A stretch of DNA of 64,000 bases. Origin: an uncultured Methanosarcinales archaeon (GTDB taxonomy: Archaea; Nanobdellota; Nanobdellia; Woesearchaeales; UBA583). Where the stretch lies: assembly GCA_964429995.1 (NCBI GenBank), contig CAYSDY010000002.1, positions 110,361-174,360 on the forward strand, read 5' to 3'. Shown piece after piece: positions 51,248-62,006 of the stretch. The position numbers were made by a program, and so were the translations under genes. The notes below the pieces were generated by a model, which was given only the letters and a program-made list of their open reading frames with translations, searched no databases and had not been told where the DNA came from. Position 1 is the first letter of the stretch, and each line of letters starts with the position of its first letter.

Positions 51248-52852
51248 ATGAATTCTTTGTCTTATAATATGCAACATGATATACCTTTGTTTGAAGTGTC
51301 TTTTGAGGTGTGCAATAAGGTTGGTGGGATAAATACTGTTGTCAAATCCAAGCTTTCTTATGCGATAAAACATTTTAAAAATTATTTTTGTTTGGGTCCT
51401 TATACTTTTAAAAATGAGGAATTTGTGGAAAAGGATATTCCTAAAAAATTTATTGATGCAAGTGAATCATTAAAACAAAAAGGAATAATTATTCATTATG
51501 GTCTATGGAATTATGCAGATGTTTCTGCAAATGTTATTCTTGTTGAATATATGGGATATTCTTCTCATATTAACGAAATAAAATCAGATATCTGGGACAT
51601 TGGAAAGGTTGATTCTCTTAATTCTGACTGGTATGATTTTGATGAAGTTATGCTTTGGTCTTGGTGTTGTGGTATTGTTATTTCTGAATTGTCTAAGAAT
51701 TTTGATTCAAAAGTTTTAGTTCATGCCCATGAGTGGATGAGTGGTGGTTGTATATTTTATCTTAAAAAAGTTAAATCTTTGCAGTTTCGTACAATTTTTA
51801 CAACTCATGCAACTATGCTTGGAAGATCAATATGTGGACATGGTGAGAATCTTTACGATCTTATAGAAACGATAGATGTTGATGATTTTGCAAAAAAAAT
51901 GGGAGTTAGCATAAAACAGCAGACAGAAAAAGCTCTTGCTAATATTTCGGATTGTTTTACAACAGTTTCTGATCTTACTGGAAATGAAGCTGAACATTTT
52001 TACATGAAAAAACCAGATTTTATACTATATAATGGATTTGATAACAACAATTTTCATGCTTTAAAAAATATTGAGCTATTTTTTAAATATTCACAGAATA
52101 AATTAAAATATGCGTTGTATAATGTTTTTTCTCCTTTTTATGAATTTGATATCAATAAATGTAAAATTTATTATACTTCAGGGCGTAATGAGTTAAGAGA
52201 TAAAGGTTTTGATATATACATAAGAGCTTTGGGGCGTCTTAACGAATTGCTTAAAAAAAATAAATCAGACAAGAAGGTTATAAATTTGTTTCTTGTTAGC
52301 ATGGGTAATTTTCCAGTATTGAAAAATCCTTATGCAGTTCCATTATCTACTCATGATGTTGGAATGTCAAATGAGTATATTGAATTAATGTTTAAATGTG
52401 GTCTTCTTAATGGACCTTATGATAATGTTAAGGTTTTGCTTGTACCTAATATGCTTAATGGATTGGATGGATATTTTAACATGGATTATTATGATGTTGT
52501 TTCTGGAACAGATTTAGGAATTTTTCCATCTTTTTATGAACCTTGGGGGTATACACCACTTGAGAGCATAAATTATGCTGTACCGTGCGTGACTACAAAC
52601 CTTTCCGGTTTTGGTCAGTATATATACGATAATTTTTCGTCTAATGAGTCTGTTCAAATTCTTAACAGAAAAAATGTTGATGATGAATTTGTGATTGATG
52701 AGTTGGTTGATATAATGTTTTTTAATTTGAACAAGGATTCAAAAAAAAATATTGAATTTAAAGAGAATGCAAGAAAATTTTCAAAAAATTTTACATGGGA
52801 CAAATTTTATGAGAATTATCTTAATGCTTATGATTATGTTCTTAAAAAGTAA
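51248..52852 (+). CDS. GT3-family glycogen synthase
   Basis: FEVSFEVCNKVGGI, HAHEW, FTTHATMLGR, FPSFYEPWGYTPLE. Confidence 0.9.
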   Translation: MNSLSYNMQHDIPLFEVSFEVCNKVGGINTVVKSKLSYAIKHFKNYFCLGPYTFKNEEFVEKDIPKKFIDASESLKQKGIIIHYGLWNYADVSANVILVEYMGYSSHINEIKSDIWDIGKVDSLNSDWYDFDEVMLWSWCCGIVISELSKNFDSKVLVHAHEWMSGGCIFYLKKVKSLQFRTIFTTHATMLGRSICGHGENLYDLIETIDVDDFAKKMGVSIKQQTEKALANISDCFTTVSDLTGNEAEHFYMKKPDFILYNGFDNNNFHALKNIELFFKYSQNKLKYALYNVFSPFYEFDINKCKIYYTSGRNELRDKGFDIYIRALGRLNELLKKNKSDKKVINLFLVSMGNFPVLKNPYAVPLSTHDVGMSNEYIELMFKCGLLNGPYDNVKVLLVPNMLNGLDGYFNMDYYDVVSGTDLGIFPSFYEPWGYTPLESINYAVPCVTTNLSGFGQYIYDNFSSNESVQILNRKNVDDEFVIDELVDIMFFNLNKDSKKNIEFKENARKFSKNFTWDKFYENYLNAYDYVLKK

Positions 52853-52897
52853 ATTTTTTTTAAAATCAAAAATTTTATTAATATGACTGTTCATTAA

Positions 52898-53452
52898 TTG
52901 TTAATAGTGGTAAAAATTACATTGTTTGGCTTAGCAGGAACCGGAACTTCTACAATAGGAAAGATGATTGCATCTACTTGTGGTTATGATTTTTTTTCAG
53001 GCGGATTGATGTTTAGGGATATGGCAAAGCAAAAGAATATGGATTTGTATGAATTTAGTGAGCTTTGTGCTAAAGATAAAAAGTATGACATAGAACTTGA
53101 TAAAAAAATTAAACAGTATGGAATTGATAATGATAATTTTGTTTTTGAGAGTAGAATATGTTGGTATTTTATTCCTGATTCTATAAAAATAAAACTTTCA
53201 TGTGATGATAACATAAGATTTGAACGAATATCAAAAAGAGATCAAAAGGATTTAGGATATGTAATAACTAAGACAAAAGAGCGTGAGTTATCTGAAAGAG
53301 ATAGATATATGAGATATTATGGGCTTGAAGATTATGATTCAAATTTACATTTTGATATTGTTGTTGATACAAGTTATAAAACAGAAGATGAAATATTAAG
53401 AATACTTGTAAGATTTATTGAATCTTATCAAAAAAAGAGATCAAGGATTTAA
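52898..53452 (+). CDS. cmk: Archaeal-type cytidylate kinase
   Basis: GLAGTGTSTIG, SGGLMFRDMA, ESR, RYMRYYG, VDTS. Confidence 0.85.
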   Translation: MLIVVKITLFGLAGTGTSTIGKMIASTCGYDFFSGGLMFRDMAKQKNMDLYEFSELCAKDKKYDIELDKKIKQYGIDNDNFVFESRICWYFIPDSIKIKLSCDDNIRFERISKRDQKDLGYVITKTKERELSERDRYMRYYGLEDYDSNLHFDIVVDTSYKTEDEILRILVRFIESYQKKRSRI

Positions 53453-54051
53453 AAAAAGATGAAGTTTGATATCAAATGAAGATCAATAAGGCTTAATATA
53501 GTTCCAAACATTACAAGCATCATTATTATTGGAATCATCATCACTATCAGTATTTGAGGAAGAGAGTATTGATATACAGCAGAAATTGATACGAACATTG
53601 TTACAAGAAAGTACATTAAGAATGCTATTACAAAAAAAGATGCAAGTCTTAAACTAAATGTTGATATAAGACCAATCATGTACATTATAATGGCATAAAC
53701 TATTCCTGTATGAAATCCAACAGAAATCAATGGTTTTACTTTTTTGTGTTTATTCAATAACTCTGCAACAATTCCAAAAAATCCATAAAGAGCATATATT
53801 TTTATGTTGAATACAAAAGGGTATATCATCAAAAATCCAAAAAAAACTTGTGGATTTATTTCTCTGCTACCAAAAGAAATATTATCTGTAAATAGTGTTA
53901 TTAGAAAAACTACCAAAACTATTATGTAGTTAAGGAACAATGTGCTTAAAAAAATTTCTTCAAGGCTTTTTTCACGTGAAACCTTTTTCATGGTTTCTTT
54001 ATCAAATGCCATTATTTTTAATCCGTTTATGACTGAATCTGTAAGATACAT
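53449..54051 (-). CDS. Integral membrane protein (about 5 TM, Yip1-like)
   Basis: Multiple hydrophobic segments. Confidence 0.55.
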   Translation of the reverse strand: MYLTDSVINGLKIMAFDKETMKKVSREKSLEEIFLSTLFLNYIIVLVVFLITLFTDNISFGSREINPQVFFGFLMIYPFVFNIKIYALYGFFGIVAELLNKHKKVKPLISVGFHTGIVYAIIMYMIGLISTFSLRLASFFVIAFLMYFLVTMFVSISAVYQYSLPQILIVMMIPIIMMLVMFGTILSLIDLHLISNFIFF

Positions 54052-54117
54052 AAAACGTATAGGGTATTTTTTTATATAAATTTTATTTGCTATTTATAAA
54101 TTGTAAAAATGTAAAAC

Positions 54118-55413
54118 TTAAAATTTAATGTTCAATATAAAGCTTCCTTTGATCTTTGTTGTTTGTTTTTTAATATCGTCTATTTTGTTTTTTATGATTT
54201 TTAATGTTTTTTGATATTCATTATTTATTTCATCTTTTTTTGACTTTATAATTTCAATAGAATTATTCTTTATTAAATTTAGCCTGTTGTCTATTTTTTT
54301 TAACTTGTCTTCTAATTCAAGTATATTTTTTTGGTTTTTTGGGTTTAGATTTGTCTTGGTTATTTTTATTTCAATATTTGAGATTTCTTTTATAATTTGA
54401 TTTAATTCATATTTTTTTTCTTTTAAAGCTTCATTTATTTTGTTTTTTTGAATTTTAGAATCTTCTTGCTGTGTTTTTGATGTTTTTTCTAGTTCCTCTA
54501 ATTTGTCTTTGTATTCAAAGATGTCTTTTTCTTTTTTTGTTATTTTTTTGTCAATGTTTGCAATTTTTGATTCTAACCTTAGTATGTTATATTTTATATT
54601 GCAGAATCTTGTCCAGTATATTAGTCCTAAAGTTATTATGAATAATGGCCAGGAAAAAATAATCTTTTTTTTACCCATTCTGCTTTTTATTTTTAATTCT
54701 TTTATGTATTCATGCAATTCTTTTTTTCTAAATTCATATTCTTTTTTTTCTTTTTCTAATTTATCTATTATGTCACGTAATTCTTCATTCTCAGGGTTTA
54801 AGAAACTTGTTTGATTTAAAGATTTTTCAAGATTTTCAATAGTAATGGTTAAATTATTCTTTTTTTTGTTTAGTTCTTCTATTGATTTTAGAAAAGGTTT
54901 TGATATTAGCAGGTTTTCATTTTTAAGTTGTTTTAGTTCTTCAGAAACTATGTTTTTTTCATCGTTAAGTTTTGATATTTCACTTTTTTCTATTGCTTGT
55001 GCGCTTTGTTCATATGAGTTTAGCATATTTATCAGTTTTTGTATTGAATCGTTAGAACTTATGGTTTTTAATATGTTTTCCAGTATATCCATTTGGCTTG
55101 TTATTTCTGTAAATTCATAGTCATTGCTTTTAGGTTTTTGAAAATCATTTTTGTTTTTACTAAAATTTTCTTCAATTATTCTTTTAACTGTTTCAATATT
55201 TTCTATAGTTTTAAATGTTTTAACAATTTTAGGTTTTGTTGAATTGTTTAGTGTTGATATTATTTTTTCATTTGACTCTGTTATGTTTGCATAAGATGGT
55301 TTGATATTTTCTATTTGCAATAAAAGATCATTGTCTATGATTATAAGGGATATTTCATCATTCTGCCCTGAAAATATCAAGTTATCTTTTATGAAGAATT
55401 TTTTTTCATTCAT
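54118..55413 (-). CDS. Coiled-coil protein with a central membrane segment
   Basis: K/E heptad-rich sequence; IIFSWPLFIITLGLIYW. Confidence 0.6.
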   Translation of the reverse strand: MNEKKFFIKDNLIFSGQNDEISLIIIDNDLLLQIENIKPSYANITESNEKIISTLNNSTKPKIVKTFKTIENIETVKRIIEENFSKNKNDFQKPKSNDYEFTEITSQMDILENILKTISSNDSIQKLINMLNSYEQSAQAIEKSEISKLNDEKNIVSEELKQLKNENLLISKPFLKSIEELNKKKNNLTITIENLEKSLNQTSFLNPENEELRDIIDKLEKEKKEYEFRKKELHEYIKELKIKSRMGKKKIIFSWPLFIITLGLIYWTRFCNIKYNILRLESKIANIDKKITKKEKDIFEYKDKLEELEKTSKTQQEDSKIQKNKINEALKEKKYELNQIIKEISNIEIKITKTNLNPKNQKNILELEDKLKKIDNRLNLIKNNSIEIIKSKKDEINNEYQKTLKIIKNKIDDIKKQTTKIKGSFILNIKF

Positions 55414-55462
55414 TTTTTATGTTTATTACTATGTATAAATAGATAATCTTTTTAAATTTTTC

Positions 55463-56689
55463 TTGTTTTTCATTTGTATGGGAAGTCTTGAGATTTTCAA
55501 GATGATTTTAGAATTTGGTGGATTACCTTTGCTGTTTTTACTATTGTTAGTTGAAGGAAATCCTATTACAGGATCATTTATACCTGGTCAGACACTTCTT
55601 ATTTTTACAGGATTTATGGTTAGTACGTTTAGGTTTACAAGTGTTTATTGGCTTATATTCATATCTTTTCTTGCAGGTTTTTTAGGTGATTTGATAGGTT
55701 ATTTTTTAGGTGTCAAACTGGGACATAATGGTCTTAAAAAATTTGGTGTTGATTCTAATGGAAGCATGTACAAATCTTCGTGTTCGTTCTTTAAAAAATA
55801 TGGTTCATTATCAATAGTACTTGGAAGAGAGTTTAATATTACTCGTGCGTTTGTTCCATTTTTTGCAGGTTGTTTTAAAATGTCAAAATATAAATTTGCA
55901 TTCGTTGCTTTTGTTTCAAATGTCATATGGAGTGTTCTATCAGTCTTGCTTGGCTATTATTTTGGTTATATAATAGTTAACAATTTTGATATGCTTTTCT
56001 TTTTTATGTTGTTTTTATCATTGTACATTTTTCTTCTTGTTTTTACATACAAATCATTTATAGCTTTTTCAAATGCAAACAAGGAACTTATTCATAAATT
56101 TTCGTTGCATAATATGATATTTGCATGGATACTTGTTTTATGTTTTATATTGTTGTTATTTATTAAGAGATGGAACATGCATATTCTTTTTAACGATTAT
56201 TTTGCATTTTTTCTTTTTCCTGAACTTTTTTATCTTGGGTTTTTACTTTCAAGAACAATGTTGTTTTTGTTTATATCGTTTTTCTTTTTTGTTTTTATTG
56301 TTACAAGAAAGTATAGGTTAGCATTAGTTTTTTTTTGGAGTCTTGTATTTAGTCTTTTCTATGCTCTTATTTTAAATTTTTTGCTGATAAAATTTTTTGG
56401 ACTCATAATGTATTATTCTGTTCTTGTGTTTTGTATTTTGATATTTTATATATGGATTTTTATGAAATCTTATAATATTACTTTAAAAAAATATTACTTT
56501 ATCAATACAGTGTTTGTTTTATTGCTTTTGTTTTTTATTTTTATCAAATTCTCTATCACTTCTAACATGTATGTTTTATTGTTATCTTTCATATTTTCTG
56601 CTATATTTTGTGAATTTCTTTTGATACTTTCAAATTATCAGGTTTTAGATAAAGTTTTATCATCAACTAGATGGTCTGATGAATTATGA
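55463..56689 (+). CDS. DedA-family membrane protein with extra C-terminal TMs
   Basis: E...GSFIPG, GDLIGYFLG, FFKKYG, GR...RAFVPFFAG. Confidence 0.85.
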   Translation: MFFICMGSLEIFKMILEFGGLPLLFLLLLVEGNPITGSFIPGQTLLIFTGFMVSTFRFTSVYWLIFISFLAGFLGDLIGYFLGVKLGHNGLKKFGVDSNGSMYKSSCSFFKKYGSLSIVLGREFNITRAFVPFFAGCFKMSKYKFAFVAFVSNVIWSVLSVLLGYYFGYIIVNNFDMLFFFMLFLSLYIFLLVFTYKSFIAFSNANKELIHKFSLHNMIFAWILVLCFILLLFIKRWNMHILFNDYFAFFLFPELFYLGFLLSRTMLFLFISFFFFVFIVTRKYRLALVFFWSLVFSLFYALILNFLLIKFFGLIMYYSVLVFCILIFYIWIFMKSYNITLKKYYFINTVFVLLLLFFIFIKFSITSNMYVLLLSFIFSAIFCEFLLILSNYQVLDKVLSSTRWSDEL

Positions 56690-56750
56690 TTTATTACTTT
56701 AAAAAAGTGGCAAATAAATATATACTGTGTTTAGTGTATAATATTTTATA

Positions 56751-57800
56751 ATGGGCTTAAGTTTTATTGAGTTTTTGTTTGGTGGAGGGAAAAAGGTTAA
56801 AAACAATGTTTCTGTGATGAATCAGGCTATGGGAAACAATGGCATGCCTGTTCCTAATCCATCAGTAAATCAGAATGCAGGTTCTCCTGTTAGTTCAGAA
56901 GTTTTGCAATTTCAGGATCAAAGAACTGCAGTACAGTCACAGATGCCTGCTAATATGCAACAGATGCCTGCAGGGCAAGGAAGTTTTTATCCTAATAATT
57001 CGCAATTCCAAAGTGGAATTGATCTTTCAAAAATACATGATGACATTAAAGAAGTAAGTGATAATGTGATAAATCTTACTACTGAGATAAAAGATATGCA
57101 AAATAGCATATCAGGAATTGATAATAGGGTTAAAGAACTTGAAAATTCTAATAAGACTGTTGATGGAAAACTTAAGGATATGGATTCAAGTATGAATAAA
57201 TTTCTTTCTTTGTATGAAATAGTCAATAGCCAATACAATCCTTTTGTTGATTCAGAATCGATTATTAAACCAGCTAAGGAAATAGTTATTTCAAACGATG
57301 GTTCAAGTGTTGTTGTAAATGATTCGCATTCAAAAGGTAATAAGGATGCTGAAAAGGTTTTAGATTTGAAATCTTCTGATGTAAGATTTGGCTCTGATGG
57401 TAAAAGGATTGATTCATTGTTAGAACTTGATACTTTAAACATTGAAGAAGCAGCACATGATGCTGTTCCTTTAACAAAATTGAAAAGCAATACTAATTCG
57501 TTGGTTGTAATACTTAGCTGGCTTGAGTATCTTGTTAAAAGATCTGGGCTTGAAGAAACAAAAAATATATTAAGATATTATACGGAAACATTGAAATGGA
57601 TAACTCCTGAAGTTTATTTTGACCTTGACAAGTTTTTAAGAGGTATGGATGATATATCTGAGTCTAGTAAAAGAGAAAAACTTGGTGTTAAAGACCATAT
57701 AGTATCTCTTTATTTCATAAGTAAGCTTAATGAAAAGAAACTTGATGACAGATTGACTGTTGCAGTGTTAAAAATTATAAAAGATTCTCAAAATGAATAA
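56751..57800 (+). CDS. Archaellum accessory ArlC-ArlD/E (FlaC/D/E) fusion
   Basis: LSLYEIVNSQYNPFV (FlaC-like); WLEYLV...LRYY...WI...DHIVSLYFI (FlaD/E-like). Confidence 0.8.
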   Translation: MGLSFIEFLFGGGKKVKNNVSVMNQAMGNNGMPVPNPSVNQNAGSPVSSEVLQFQDQRTAVQSQMPANMQQMPAGQGSFYPNNSQFQSGIDLSKIHDDIKEVSDNVINLTTEIKDMQNSISGIDNRVKELENSNKTVDGKLKDMDSSMNKFLSLYEIVNSQYNPFVDSESIIKPAKEIVISNDGSSVVVNDSHSKGNKDAEKVLDLKSSDVRFGSDGKRIDSLLELDTLNIEEAAHDAVPLTKLKSNTNSLVVILSWLEYLVKRSGLEETKNILRYYTETLKWITPEVYFDLDKFLRGMDDISESSKREKLGVKDHIVSLYFISKLNEKKLDDRLTVAVLKIIKDSQNE

Positions 57801-58263
57801 TATCTTTTTTTCTAAGAAGGGATCAGGAGAAGCTGTAAGTACTCTTATAATGTTTATAGCTGTTGTTAGTATCACTACTGGTTTAGTTATTGCTTTTTTC
57901 AATTATACTCAGAATACTCAACATTCTTTTGATATGCAAAACAAACTTACTAATAATAAACTGAAAACATCAATTACTGTAACTAATGTACACTATGATG
58001 AACTATCTTTATCATTAAGGGTTTATGTAAAAAATATAGGTCAGACTAATCTTGATACATCTAAATTTGATGTGTTTTTTAATAATGAATTTATTGGTAA
58101 TTTTTCGGCTTTAAATCCTGTAAACTTGTCTGAAGATTTAAGATTGCTTATTCCTTATCAGACGGTTACTCTTGTATTTAATCAGACTCCTGATTTAGGT
58201 ACAAATCAGATTAAGGTTTTGACAGAGTATGGAGTAGGAGATCAAGTATCGTTTAATCATTAA
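57793..58263 (+). CDS. Archaellum accessory ArlG (FlaG)-like protein
   Basis: AVSTLIMFIAVV N-terminal helix, VYVKNIG, VLTEYG. Confidence 0.7.
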   Translation: MNNIFFSKKGSGEAVSTLIMFIAVVSITTGLVIAFFNYTQNTQHSFDMQNKLTNNKLKTSITVTNVHYDELSLSLRVYVKNIGQTNLDTSKFDVFFNNEFIGNFSALNPVNLSEDLRLLIPYQTVTLVFNQTPDLGTNQIKVLTEYGVGDQVSFNH

Positions 58264-58264
58264 A

Positions 58265-59659
58265 ATGAGTGGGTTATCTTCTTTTATTGGGTTTACTTTT
58301 GCTTTTTTTGTCATAGTCATGGTTTTTTTTAGTGTTTTTTATACTTATGAAAATCAATTAAAGCTTGAATATTCAACACTTAAGCGAATGGAGGAGAATA
58401 AGATGAATATAGATGATTTTTCGATTGGAATTGATTCATATTCTTATTCATCTGGCAGGTTAAAATTCGTATTTTCAAATAAGGGAATGAAAAATCTTAA
58501 ATTTGCTGATGATAAATCAGTTTATTGTTTTGAAATGTTTGATAATGATAAAATAAAATCTTTATCTGATTTATCTTTTGTGCCATTTAATTATTCATTA
58601 GCAGGAAATTATAACATGATTACTCCAAAAGAGTTGATGAGTGTATCTGTTTTTTATCCTGATTTTGAACATACAAACAAAACATTAAAATTTATTTCAT
58701 GTTATGGTAATAAATTTAGTTATATGATTGATTCATCAAAACACAATTGGTTATTGCCAGAATTTTTGCAAAGGAGCACTTTTGTTGTTGAAAATTCTAA
58801 AAGTTCATATTCTTTTAACGAAACTTATTATTACAATATAACAGAAGAAGATTTTGATTTTACTAAAAACATAACAGATCTGGTTTTGGTTTATCCGCTT
58901 TTAGATAGTCTTGTTCTTGATTTAACACTTGATGAATACAGACAGGATCTAATTGATTATACAGGAAAATCAAACGTATATCTTGGAAATGGTATAAATA
59001 ATGAGATTTCTGATCCTGTCTCTGAATCAGGGGTTCTATTTGGTGGACTTTTGTTTGATGGGATAAATGATAAAGTTACAGTTATGTCTGAAAATCTTAA
59101 AATTAAGAAAGATTTTTCGTTTTCATTATGGATAAAACCTAAAAGTGATACATTAAGTTCTTGTATATTTAGTGATGATACTGGTAAAAATATGTTATCT
59201 TTACAAAAACAAAATGCTAGTGATTATAATCTAAAAATGGATATGGAATTTTTTTCTTCTTCCTATTCTTTTGAAATATCTAAATTTTTAAAATATGATA
59301 AATGGAGCATGATAACTGTTGTAAGAAATGATGACAAACTAAAGTTTTACATAGATGGAAAATATTTAGAGGAACTTTCTATATCAAATGATGAGATAAA
59401 TACAACACAACTTGTAAAAAATATTGCAGGACTTAATAATTCAGAGTTTTATAAAGGAATTATGGATGAAATTAAACTTTACAATGTTGCACTTAATGAG
59501 GATGAAATAAAAATGCTGTTTTCAAATCAAGAGGTTTTTAGAGAAATGCCTTATAAAATTGAAGGATATTCTTATGAAAATAAAACAGCATTAATAAGTT
59601 TTAATGTTTTGTTTTTAGATCCTTATGGATCAGTGTCTTATAGTATGTATTATGGATAA
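58265..59659 (+). CDS. ArlF-like N-terminal domain fused to a LamG/concanavalin A-like domain
   Basis: MSGLSSFIG + TM + F.NKG; C-terminal FDG.ND, FSFSLWIK, WSMITVV, YIDG, GIMDEIKLYNVAL. Confidence 0.6.
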   Translation: MSGLSSFIGFTFAFFVIVMVFFSVFYTYENQLKLEYSTLKRMEENKMNIDDFSIGIDSYSYSSGRLKFVFSNKGMKNLKFADDKSVYCFEMFDNDKIKSLSDLSFVPFNYSLAGNYNMITPKELMSVSVFYPDFEHTNKTLKFISCYGNKFSYMIDSSKHNWLLPEFLQRSTFVVENSKSSYSFNETYYYNITEEDFDFTKNITDLVLVYPLLDSLVLDLTLDEYRQDLIDYTGKSNVYLGNGINNEISDPVSESGVLFGGLLFDGINDKVTVMSENLKIKKDFSFSLWIKPKSDTLSSCIFSDDTGKNMLSLQKQNASDYNLKMDMEFFSSSYSFEISKFLKYDKWSMITVVRNDDKLKFYIDGKYLEELSISNDEINTTQLVKNIAGLNNSEFYKGIMDEIKLYNVALNEDEIKMLFSNQEVFREMPYKIEGYSYENKTALISFNVLFLDPYGSVSYSMYYG

Positions 59660-59777
59660 ACATAGTATATATTTAATATTTAAAGTCATTATATTTTGAT
59701 TTATTACTGTTTAAAAAATATTTTCTTCCTGTTAAGTATTTACAATTTATTTTAATTGTTATAAAATAATAATTAGT

Positions 59778-61907
59778 ATGTTTAGGTATCATTTGATAGA
59801 TGATTTTGACTTTAATGGAAAAGTTACAGGTTTAAGAGTTGATATAAATTCTCCTTTAAAAGATGGAAAAGTTATTTTGAACGAAAGAATAAGAGAACAT
59901 GCAAAAACAATTCTTGAACTTTCTGAAAAAGGAGCAAAAGTGGTTATTTTGGCTCATCAGGGAAGAAAGGGGGATGATGATTGTATAAGTTTGAAACAAC
60001 ATGCATTATTGATAGAAAAACAGATAGGTAAGAAAGTTAAATTTGTAGAAGACATATCCTCTAAGAAAGTTGCTCCTGAAATAAAAAAAATGAAAAATTC
60101 TGAAATTTTATTACTTGAAAATCTTCGTTTTTATGATGATGAGGAATCTTTTGATAATAAAAATAACAGTGTTTTAGTATTAGAGGAATTATTTGATATT
60201 TATGTTAATGATGCATTTTCTGTGGCACATAGATCTCAGACATCAATTGTTGGTTTTACGAAAATTCCTTTGGTTGCAGGAAGAGTTATGCAAAAGGAAA
60301 TTGAAGGATTAAATAATATTCTTGAAGTTAGAAGTCCATCAATATATATTCTTGGTGGAGCAAAACCAGATGACCTTATAGATATTATAGATTATGGACT
60401 TTCTAATAATCGTGTTGATTATGTTCTGCTTACAGGTGTTATTTCTGAAATAGCATTTCTTGCACAAGGTGTTGATATAGGAATTAAAAAGAAATTTCTT
60501 GAGGATAAAGGATATCTTTTAAGTTTTGATAAAGTTAAACTACTTATGGAAAAATATCATGATAAGATAGTTTTGCCCAAGGATTATGCTGTTTTTGATG
60601 GTAAAGAAAGGATTGATATTGCTATTGGTTGTGATGATTTTTCATCTTTGTCTAAAAAATACATGATTCAGGATATAGGTAAGAAAACTGTTGATTATTT
60701 TTATCATTTTTTAAAAGATGCTCAGTCGGTTTATCTTAAGGGTCCTGCAGGAAATTTTGAGGATTTAAATTTTGAGTATGGAACAAGGGAAATATTTTCA
60801 ATGTTAAGTAAAATATCAGCTTTTAAATATATGGGTGGAGGTCATAGTGTTACTGCTCTTGAAAGATATGGTTTTTTAAATAGTTTTTCATATATAAGTC
60901 TTGCAGGAGGTGCTCTTGTAAGGTTTCTTAGTGGCAAAAAACTTGTGGGTATTGAGGCTTTAGAGAAAAGTTTTGTAAAAGATGAAAAACATTATGAGGA
61001 TTTTTTGGTTGTAGGATCTAATACTCTTGATATAGGAATAAATGTGCCTGAAAATTTTAGTCAACTTCATCTTGGTGATAAGATAAAGATAGAAGAAGAT
61101 TTTAAGCAGTCTGTTGGTGGTGGTGGAGTAAATGTTGCAATATGCCTTAGTAGGCTTGGAGCAAAAGTTGCATATCTTGGAAAATTATCATATGAAAACA
61201 AAGATAAGATAAAAGAAGTGCTTGATAAGGATAAGGTTGCAATGGTTGATTCAAAGATATCTAAAAAACCTTGTGCTAAATCGGTTCTTATAGATACAAA
61301 AGATAATGATAGGATAATTTTAACATATAGAGGACAAAACTCATATCTAAAATCATCAGATTTTGATTTATCAGTTATTAATGCAAAAAATTATTATTTT
61401 TCATCTCTTAGCGATGATAGTTTTAAGACTCTTATGGATATTGCAAAGGATATAAAAGATAAAAAACCATCATCACTTTTATGTTTCAATCTGTCATCAT
61501 ACATAATAAAAACAGAATTATCATTGAATTTGCTTGTTAAAAAGTGTGATATAGTAATACTTAATTATGAGGAAGCTCAGGAGTTTACAAACAAAATTAC
61601 AATTAGTGATTGTCTAAAAAGTTTAAGGGAAAAATGTCAAAAACTTGTAGTTATAACTGATGCTGCAAACGGTGCTTATGCTTATGATGGTGAAAAAGAA
61701 TATTATGCTAAGGCTGTAAAACCAGATAAAATAGTTGATACAACTGGGGCAGGAGATGGATTTGCTGGAACTTTTTTTTATTTTTATGTTAAAGGATTTG
61801 GAATAAAAAAATCTTTAGAATTTGCTGCAAAAAACGCAGCATCTGTAATTTCATACAAAGGTTCACAGTATGGGCTTTTATATTATGATGATATAAAAAA
61901 AAACTGA
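59778..61907 (+). CDS. pgk: Phosphoglycerate kinase fused to a PfkB-family carbohydrate kinase
   Basis: RVDINSP, AHQGR, LLENLRF, DAFSVAHR, GGAK, GGGH (PGK); GGGGVNVA..LSRLG, DTTGAGDGF (PfkB). Confidence 0.9.
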   Translation: MFRYHLIDDFDFNGKVTGLRVDINSPLKDGKVILNERIREHAKTILELSEKGAKVVILAHQGRKGDDDCISLKQHALLIEKQIGKKVKFVEDISSKKVAPEIKKMKNSEILLLENLRFYDDEESFDNKNNSVLVLEELFDIYVNDAFSVAHRSQTSIVGFTKIPLVAGRVMQKEIEGLNNILEVRSPSIYILGGAKPDDLIDIIDYGLSNNRVDYVLLTGVISEIAFLAQGVDIGIKKKFLEDKGYLLSFDKVKLLMEKYHDKIVLPKDYAVFDGKERIDIAIGCDDFSSLSKKYMIQDIGKKTVDYFYHFLKDAQSVYLKGPAGNFEDLNFEYGTREIFSMLSKISAFKYMGGGHSVTALERYGFLNSFSYISLAGGALVRFLSGKKLVGIEALEKSFVKDEKHYEDFLVVGSNTLDIGINVPENFSQLHLGDKIKIEEDFKQSVGGGGVNVAICLSRLGAKVAYLGKLSYENKDKIKEVLDKDKVAMVDSKISKKPCAKSVLIDTKDNDRIILTYRGQNSYLKSSDFDLSVINAKNYYFSSLSDDSFKTLMDIAKDIKDKKPSSLLCFNLSSYIIKTELSLNLLVKKCDIVILNYEEAQEFTNKITISDCLKSLREKCQKLVVITDAANGAYAYDGEKEYYAKAVKPDKIVDTTGAGDGFAGTFFYFYVKGFGIKKSLEFAAKNAASVISYKGSQYGLLYYDDIKKN

Positions 61908-62006
61908 TGTTTAATATTTGATGTTTTTAGGATAATTAATTTTTTATTTTTGATACGTATTTTGTTTTTTAGTAATCTTTATATAATATTTATTATTTGA
62001 AATATT

